Shown here: positions 10,253 to 17,800 of the stretch, in pieces
Numbering within the stretch: position 1 is the first letter of the stretch
Layout of the letters: the number at the start of each line of letters is the position of its first letter
Origin: a virus
Lineage: Duplodnaviria; Caudoviricetes
Reading direction: 5' to 3' (one strand)
Length of the DNA stretch: 64,000 nt
IMG/VR virus record: IMGVR_UViG_3300038345_000087
Span: 32,001 to 96,000 of that record
Notes under the pieces: generated by a model
Seen by the model: only the letters and a program-made list of their open reading frames with translations
Databases searched by the model: none
What the model was told of the DNA's origin: nothing
Translations under genes and position numbers: made by a program

Positions 10253-10553
10253 TGAAAAAGATGCTGATAAAAGATACCGAACCGTCCGAAGATATGGCTC
10301 GCATCCGTATTTCGGCAAGCCGTGGCAGGGGGGGCAATCTATGACTTACCTCTATGACCGTTCGCCAAAAGATGATACTGCACCTGTTCGTGTGGCTTCA
10401 TCTGTTAATCGTGACCTTGATGACCTTTCTTTTCGTGGTGCTCATGCGACAAGGAACTTCCATCAAGTCATAGAACTTGGCTCTTCTCGGTTCACCAACA
10501 CTATCACTTCTGTTCTAAAAGACAATCTCGTATGGATAGAGTGTTTTCCGTAA
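10252..10553 (+). pseudogene. TRD-like cassette 5, frameshifted at G7 from the coupled ATG (putative phase-OFF)
   Basis: The ATG overlaps the MTase stop (TAATG): MKKMLIKDTEPSEDMARIRISASRGRGGNL*. G8 instead of G7 (10328-10334) would join it to ...FHQVIELGSSRFTNTITSVLKDNLVWIECFP. An alternative ATG at 10239 is already in the downstream frame. Confidence 0.55.
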
Positions 10554-10675
10554 GTTTGATTCGTTATCCACATGGTAAGTTTCGTGGTGGTCATTATCAT
10601 GTTCATGCTTTTCCTCCATTAACGACCTCTTGCTTCCAAAACAATAACTTTCTACTTATTGAATATGATTCCTAA
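10532..10675 (+). CDS. TRD-like cassette 6 (47 aa; no G tract)
   Basis: MDRVFSVSLIRYPHGKFRGGHYHVHAFPPLTTSCFQNNNFLLIEYDS. Confidence 0.6.
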   Translation: MDRVFSVSLIRYPHGKFRGGHYHVHAFPPLTTSCFQNNNFLLIEYDS

Positions 10676-10901
10676 TAGCCGCCCTGCATGTTGCGATTCT
10701 ATCGAAACTCTCTCATTGACCATTACTACCTCCGCACCTCCTAAACGTATTCCAGGGGGGGCACTTCTTCCTGTAAATACAACAGCCGACGGGCTGGCTT
10801 GCACTCTCAACACTCGTTACGAGGCTATGGCTCTTCCGCTCGACATCCTTTCCCTGGCTCATTACCCCAAGACAGTTATTTTGATAGAGTGGTTCCTATA
10901 A
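10665..10901 (+). CDS. TRD-like cassette 7 (G7 in frame)
   Basis: ...RIPGGALLPVNTTADGLACTLNTRYEAMALPLDILSLAHYPKTVILIEWFL; G7 at 10755-10761. Confidence 0.6.
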   Translation: MIPNSRPACCDSIETLSLTITTSAPPKRIPGGALLPVNTTADGLACTLNTRYEAMALPLDILSLAHYPKTVILIEWFL

Positions 10902-11014
10902 TGACCATCAACTCTTCACAAGATGGCATCGTGGTTTCTCCTTGGGGCATTTCTCCTACACACACAGCCGGTCATGGTAATATGCCCAAGGTAATAGTAG
11001 AATACGACTTGTAA
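10901..11014 (+). CDS. TRD-like cassette 8 (37 aa; no G tract)
   Basis: MTINSSQDGIVVSPWGISPTHTAGHGNMPKVIVEYDL; paralogous to cassette 1. Confidence 0.65.
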   Translation: MTINSSQDGIVVSPWGISPTHTAGHGNMPKVIVEYDL

Positions 11015-11025
11015 AGCCACTGTTT

Positions 11026-11052
11026 CCGATGGATCTCCATCGGGTCTTTTTT
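11026..11052 (+). terminator. Intrinsic terminator ending the replication/methylase operon
   Basis: Hairpin CCGATGG-ATCT-CCATCGG followed by a T tract. Confidence 0.7.
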
Positions 11053-11095
11053 GTCGTTTTTGTATGCAGCATGGTTTGCCCATGCTGTTTTTCAT

Positions 11096-11131
11096 TTGTT
11101 CCGTTCCCCTCCTCTTCCCTTTGTATCTTTG
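11096..11131 (+). promoter_or_regulatory. Putative late promoter TTGTTCCG-N20-TATCTTTG
   Basis: One of six copies with identical spacing, all upstream of genes in structural regions. Confidence 0.7.
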
Positions 11132-11169
11132 CCTTGTAAATAATGTAAAATCCTAAATAAATCAAAATT

Positions 11170-12309
11170 ATGCTTATCTCCTCCGTTGAAGAACTGCGTC
11201 TCTACGCTCCTGCCAATGCCATCGATCATATCGAAACACTGGCTGGTTTTCTGGATAGTTCTGAACACGATTTCCTTGCTGAGAAATTGGGTCATCCTCT
11301 TCACGCTTCTCTCACGGAATACTATCAGAACCTACTCAACTCTGAAGATGGCCTTGCTGATTATATCCAATCCATCACCAACGGTATAGAAATGCCTCCT
11401 TACGCACGCCTCTTGACTGTGGCACAGCGCATCGTGGCTTTTGATGCTCTTGGTCGTGCTATTGACATGCAAGCCATCAGTGTGAATGGTGCTGGCATCA
11501 ATATCTCCACGGCTGATGACTACGCAAAGGCTGATCGTGAAGCGGTGTCAGCTTACAAAAGTACGTGCATCAAAGAGGCACATGCGGCTGTCAATCGCCT
11601 TTTGGTCCTTCTCGAAGAGTGGACGAAGGATGCGGTAGAAGATACGGATCCTGTGCCAGACGGCTCTTCTTCGGGTTCCGAGGAAGAGGAAGAACAGACC
11701 ACTCCAGAACAGGAGAAATCAGAAATCGCCCGTCTTTGGCGTTCTTCTCGATTTTTCTACCTTGCTGCTGGTCTCATTATTCCGTCGGCAATAGTCCTTC
11801 AAGACTATCTCAATATCTATGAGTCTCGTGAAAAATTCATCACTTTGCTTCCTGAACTTCGTACCATTCAGGAGGACATCATAGCACCCATTATTGGAGA
11901 GGATTTTATGGACTATCTTATCGCGTTCTCGCGTGATCCGAAACCTTCTTTAGAAGCCTCCGTGCAAGAAGGTGATTCCTCTGGTCTTTCAGAAGCAGAC
12001 GTGCGCCTTCTTTCTCGCATCCTTCATCGACTTCGCAAGGCTGTAGCACGTCACTTGGAATCGCGTACCATGCAGATGAAGCTCACAGACCCGCGTCGCA
12101 ATGCGGCCCATAATGAGGCGGTACAGTTGACAACGGATCTTGCAGACTATATCGCCGCTCATCAGAGCGACCTACCAACGGATGCCATCACTGCTTTCAC
12201 CACCTCCCCATTGTATAAACCTACGGATGTGACCACGGAGGAAGAAGTACCCTCTTTTGAGAACAATGCTCCCGATTCTGTCATTTTCGTTACTCCTGCT
12301 CTGTCCTAA
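11170..12309 (+). CDS. Putative virion (head-tail connector-like) protein
   Basis: 379 aa, behind the late-type promoter and upstream of tail genes; function inferred from context only. Confidence 0.35.
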   Translation: MLISSVEELRLYAPANAIDHIETLAGFLDSSEHDFLAEKLGHPLHASLTEYYQNLLNSEDGLADYIQSITNGIEMPPYARLLTVAQRIVAFDALGRAIDMQAISVNGAGINISTADDYAKADREAVSAYKSTCIKEAHAAVNRLLVLLEEWTKDAVEDTDPVPDGSSSGSEEEEEQTTPEQEKSEIARLWRSSRFFYLAAGLIIPSAIVLQDYLNIYESREKFITLLPELRTIQEDIIAPIIGEDFMDYLIAFSRDPKPSLEASVQEGDSSGLSEADVRLLSRILHRLRKAVARHLESRTMQMKLTDPRRNAAHNEAVQLTTDLADYIAAHQSDLPTDAITAFTTSPLYKPTDVTTEEEVPSFENNAPDSVIFVTPALS

Positions 12310-12322
12310 ATCATAAATCAAT

Positions 12323-14863
12323 ATGACTCAAGCCCGTCCAGCCGATTATTGGTTTTCCAATTCGGCTCTATATATCCAACTGAATGCCGCTGGCGACCCT
12401 AATTACATCCATGCCAACTGTTCGTCTGGCTCGGCTGTGTTGTGCTTTATGCGCGGCATCAATGGTTTGGGCTATGATAACGGACACAACTATCGGCGAT
12501 GGTCATTGATAGCGTCGCCGACGGTGTTCCACGATAATGCCGTTCGTTATGTCTATATTGCCATCCCGAAAAGTGACGCAGTTGATGTGCCGGCACAAGT
12601 GGTGTTCCCTTCGGAGCTGATAGACCTATACGGCTGCAACGAAGGTGGTACGCAAATTGGTTCAACGGATTACTTCTACATCTTCACTCAGGGCATCATT
12701 TCTCCTTCAGAAGTGAATGGTGTTCGCCAAAACCGCACATGGCAGCAGAATGTGGATTGTGGCCAGTTGGCATCGGATGAAGCGATGGCGAATGGAGGCT
12801 CTGATTCATGGTGGGAATGGAACAGTGTCACGGACATGGTGAAGTTCCTGAAGGTGATTTCAGAGGCGACTTTCGATAAACTGACAGCTGCTTGGGCTTC
12901 CATCCGGCAACTTGTGTTGAACGGACACATTATCAATGGTGTTGCAGACCCAGAGACGGCTCAGGATGCCAACGCAGATGACAAGGTGGTGACTCCGGCA
13001 TACGCTCAGACACAGTACCTATCTCGTACACATGATGACGCTGCGGCTGGTGATATCACCTTCAACAACTCCATCATGGTCAAAGGTGAGACCATACTGA
13101 AGCGTGCTGTCACAATCGGAGAATATGAGAAGGACATCCAAGTAGGTATAGGTTCACGCACGGGCGCAAAAATTCTTCCAGATGGTACAATCATCGCCCG
13201 TAATCTCGAATTATCCGAAAGCCTCCAAGTGCCGACTATCAAATACAACTCCATTGAGGTGTTGGCTGGCACACGATGGGATTCTGCCGGTAAGGGACGC
13301 ATCAAGGAGATTATAGCAGTCGATGACAATGCTCATACATGTCAGTTTGTGCTCGATCTCAACGATGGTGAACCTGGTGAGTTTATTGTCAATGACATCC
13401 TTCGTGGCTTCTGGCATAACATGGACGGAACGAAGAATGCACAGAGTAATTCTGATGACCGCCGTGGAAATATCACACGTGCGGGGTTCCAGTCCATCTA
13501 TTGCCGTGTCATCGCCGTGGCGAATGTTGTTGAACGTACCACCGCTGACGCGACTATCTATATTGCCCAGGACAATCAGTACCTCGCTCAGGAGGGAGAT
13601 AAGATATTGGCGAATGGACTTGTGACTGTGCAGATGCGTCAGTACAATAATGGTTCCGATCCTGCAACGTGGTCGCCAACTCCTGAACAGTGGGCTGTCC
13701 TGTCTGTTTCCGGCTTCTTTGGCATCGACCATCCAGAACGTCAGAAGTTCTTTATCTACACCACGTCGTATATGGCTCGATTTGAGGGTGTCAACACGTG
13801 GGAATGGGAGGAACACTGCTTCATGGGAGGTTGGGGCGACTTGACTGGTTTTGCCATGATTCAGGAGGACGAACATGGTAATATCTCACGCAAGGAGTTT
13901 AATGGTGAAGGCTTCGTAACCAAGGATGCACATATATATGGTATTCTGGAACAGTTCACCCGTTTCTCTGATCGCATCAACATACTTCTTTCCCGTCCAG
14001 ATGGAACAATAGCGGATGGAGAGAATATGCGTGCTGACTTTGTTCTCGCAGACGTGGAGGGCAATATCATTTCGTCGGGCTACCGTCTTGACATCACCCG
14101 ACAATCTGGTAATGCTCAGGCTGATGCTGCATGGAATACGGCGATGGCCACTCGATATCCTGATGGCATACCATCGGCTCTGTATTTCCAGTTCTCCGAC
14201 GTTCCCGAAAATGGTGCGGTTTATATTGTGGCGGCTTCTCGTCAGGTGCCAGATGGTACTTCTTATACAACCTATACGACATCGGCATCCTTTGTTCTTT
14301 CACGTGCCTACGCTCAGGAGGTTTTCATGGGTGAATGGAGTCCTTTGACCACCTATACACGCAATGCTCGTACATATCCGACTGTGACCTATGGAGGTTG
14401 TAAGTGGTGGCTCGCTGTTTCAACATCCACAAACGACGAACCGCATCCGCTTTCTACGAAGTGGAAGATGGTTTATGGCATTAACGACCTCGAAATTCGC
14501 TTCTATAATGAGGCGGGCAATCGGATCACCTCTGCTGCTGCCTATCCTGGCTCTGTCAACATCTATCTGGAACCACGCCTTTTGTGTGGCCTCTATGACA
14601 TCACGGAATATCTGACGGACTCCGATTGGTCGTGGGATCGTTATACGGGCAACTATGGCGAACAGACGGACACAAGAACTCCAGCTGATAAGCAGTCAGA
14701 CCAGGGATGGCGCAATGCTCATTGGCCGTCACAACCAACCACACGCATTCTCCGTATCACCAACACTGACATGCCTCCTACATGGGGGTCTGGTGTAATG
14801 GTAAACTTCATCATAACTTGTAATTATGATGGTCTGATTATTTCTAATTCTGTCACCTTCTAA
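12323..14863 (+). CDS. Putative tail protein
   Basis: 846 aa, beta-rich, directly upstream of the tape measure gene. Confidence 0.5.
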   Translation: MTQARPADYWFSNSALYIQLNAAGDPNYIHANCSSGSAVLCFMRGINGLGYDNGHNYRRWSLIASPTVFHDNAVRYVYIAIPKSDAVDVPAQVVFPSELIDLYGCNEGGTQIGSTDYFYIFTQGIISPSEVNGVRQNRTWQQNVDCGQLASDEAMANGGSDSWWEWNSVTDMVKFLKVISEATFDKLTAAWASIRQLVLNGHIINGVADPETAQDANADDKVVTPAYAQTQYLSRTHDDAAAGDITFNNSIMVKGETILKRAVTIGEYEKDIQVGIGSRTGAKILPDGTIIARNLELSESLQVPTIKYNSIEVLAGTRWDSAGKGRIKEIIAVDDNAHTCQFVLDLNDGEPGEFIVNDILRGFWHNMDGTKNAQSNSDDRRGNITRAGFQSIYCRVIAVANVVERTTADATIYIAQDNQYLAQEGDKILANGLVTVQMRQYNNGSDPATWSPTPEQWAVLSVSGFFGIDHPERQKFFIYTTSYMARFEGVNTWEWEEHCFMGGWGDLTGFAMIQEDEHGNISRKEFNGEGFVTKDAHIYGILEQFTRFSDRINILLSRPDGTIADGENMRADFVLADVEGNIISSGYRLDITRQSGNAQADAAWNTAMATRYPDGIPSALYFQFSDVPENGAVYIVAASRQVPDGTSYTTYTTSASFVLSRAYAQEVFMGEWSPLTTYTRNARTYPTVTYGGCKWWLAVSTSTNDEPHPLSTKWKMVYGINDLEIRFYNEAGNRITSAAAYPGSVNIYLEPRLLCGLYDITEYLTDSDWSWDRYTGNYGEQTDTRTPADKQSDQGWRNAHWPSQPTTRILRITNTDMPPTWGSGVMVNFIITCNYDGLIISNSVTF

Positions 14864-14875
14864 CATCCCGATAAT

Positions 14876-17800
14876 ATGGATAAAAAGACCGAAGTTGTCA
14901 TCACATGTAATTCCAAGCAACCTGTCGCCGCTGTGCGTGCGATGGAAACGGAATTGAAAAAACTGCAAGGCACTTACCAGCAGCTCGTACAGGCTGGCAA
15001 GGCTGGAACAGAACGTGCTAAGACGATGGCGCACGAGATCAAGGAACTCTCTATTGCTATCAAAGAGGGAAAGGCGAACATGGATAAAATCGTGTCCGTT
15101 ACGAATAACCTTTCCCAATCTTCACTCTCTCAGTTGCAGCGTGCCCTTCGTCAGGTGAAGAAGGAAATGTCGCGTGTAAGTACGGATAGCCCGAAACTGG
15201 ATGATTTGCGTATGAAGTATAAGGCTATCACGGACCAGATTAAGATTCTGAGTGGTGAAATGCTGAATATAAAGAAGCATATTGGCAACCTCTCTGGAGT
15301 GACGGATTCTTGGCTTCAGAAAGCCGTCCAGCAACAGAAAGCCCTGGTGCAACAGACACGTCAGGGAACATCTGAGTATAACAAGCAGATGAGCGTGCTG
15401 TCTCAGCTCTCGACTGAACAGGCACGTCGCGCTGTATCTACCATATCATCGGGTACTGCCAGTGCAGAACAACTACGTTCTGCCCGTGCTGCCCTCGTTT
15501 CTCATCGTGATATGATAGGCTCTGGTGGTATTCAAGTACAGGGCAATCAGGCAACGGAAATAGCTAAAATCAATGAGGAACTGAAGAAGGCTGATGCACA
15601 ACTTGATACGATTGCTGGCAAGGAACAGAAATTGGTGTATTCAACACAGGAAATTGCAGATAAGGCGAATCAGATTATCATGGATCCCAAAAAGTTCACA
15701 CCAAAGGAGATTGAAACGGCTCTGACTAATGTGAACAATAAATTGAAGGAAATTCCACTCAATGACCCGTTCCGAAAGCAGCTAAAACAGTCTGCAACAC
15801 AGTTGAAGGCCATCCTCGATGGCGTGGATAAGGAACTTATCGACATCAAAAACTTGCTCCAACCGCAAAACCTCAAGAAAGCCTCTCTTGAACAGTTGAA
15901 GAATGCGGCTACTCAGTTGGAGAAGGAAATGGCGAAACTCAACCGTGATACACAAGAGTATATCAATAAGAAAAGCCAACTGGCTACCATTCGCGGGGAG
16001 ATAGATAAGGCTACGGGTTCTGTGCATAAACAATCGTCAGCATGGCAGACTACACTTCGCAATATGTCGGCATACTTTGGTGCCTTCCAACTGTTCTCTA
16101 TGGCTATCCAGAAGGTTCAGGCGTTTTTCCGTCTTAACCTCAAATTCTCGGATCAGTTGGCCGACATTCGTAAGGTGTCCGGCCTCGCTATGCAGGACAT
16201 CAATAACCTTGCTAATTCTCTTGCAAAACTTGATACTCGCACTACCATTCAGGAACTTAACGAGATTGCTTATGCGGGTGCCAAATTGGGTATGGGTAAG
16301 TATGGCACCGCCGGATTGGAGCAATTCGTTCGTGCGGCTAACCAGGTGAATGTGGCACTGAAAGAGGACTTGGGACAGGATGCACTCACGGCTCTCTCTA
16401 AGATTACGGAGGTCATGGGACTTATCCCGAAGATGGGCGTGGAGAAATCCATGCTGGCTGTAGGTTCTGCCATGTTCCAGTTGTCTGCCACATCTACGGC
16501 GACATCGAACAATATCGTAGAGTTCTCAAAACGTCTCACGGGTATGGCTCGTACAGCCGGTATCACCACGGATCAGCTGCTTGCACTTGGTTCTGCTTCT
16601 GATGCTATGTACCTCATGCCCGAAGTCGCCAGTACTGCATTTAATAAACTTATCACCTCTCTTCAGACGAAGCACAACCTCATTGAACAAGAACTTCAGA
16701 TTGAACCTGGTACCATCAACAACCTCTATTCTGCTGGCAAGACAATGGATGCCATCGTTCTCATCCTCGAAAAGATGAAGGCGAAGGGTAACATGAATGC
16801 CCTGCAAGGTGTGTTCAAAGACCTCGGTTCTGAAGGTGCTCGTCTCGTCAATGTCATGGTGACGATGAGCAAGAATGTAGATATGCTCAAAGATCACCTC
16901 GCTACATCTGAGGAAGCATTCTCAGAGGCGACGGCTGTCACTCAAGAGTATGCTATACAGCAAGAAACGGCTAATGCTCTGATGGAGCGTGCTTCAAATA
17001 TATGGGAAAAATCTTTTATCAATCCGAAGGGCGTAGATAATGTAAAGGAGTTAGCGCAACAATGGTATAACTTAACAAGGACTCTGACAGAATCTACATT
17101 TTTTATGGCACAGGCTAAGGCTGCTATTTGGCTTCTTATTAGTAGCATTAAAATTTTGATAGCATTACTTCCTGTGTTGATAGAGTTTTTCTTGTTTAGA
17201 GGAGCTTATGCTGCTATTATGGCCGTGGTTCGTGGTTTTGTCGCTCTTCGTACAGCAATTCAGGCGGCTACTGTGGCACAACATGGTTTGAATGCTGCTC
17301 AGAAGGCAAATCTATTTGGATTGATAGCGACCCTTATTGCTGCTGCTGTTAGTTGGTTTATCACGTATCGCGAAAAAGCAGAGGATGCAGCCGAAGCACA
17401 GCAAACCGTAAATCATGCTCTTGCTGATGCTCAAGCAGAGTATATGAAAACTAAAAAGAAACTTGACGATTATGTTAAGGCTCTTGATGATGCTAATATA
17501 TCTGAGGACACCCGTCAGAGATTGCTTCGTTCCTTTAATAAGGATTATAGGATTTATCTGGATAAGTTGGGTATAGAAGTCAATAGCGTAAATGATTTGA
17601 AAACGGCTTATGCCAAGTTGAATGATGAGATAAAGAAAAAGGCGTATTACGAACTGCGTGAAAGAACGCTCCAATCATACGTTGGTGATGCACAGACGGA
17701 ACAGGCTAACGCCATGATAGAGTTCCAGAAGGTGATGAAAAAGTATGGACTGGATGTTAATGCTGATTATGTGGTGAACAATCAGCATTTGGGTATGGTT

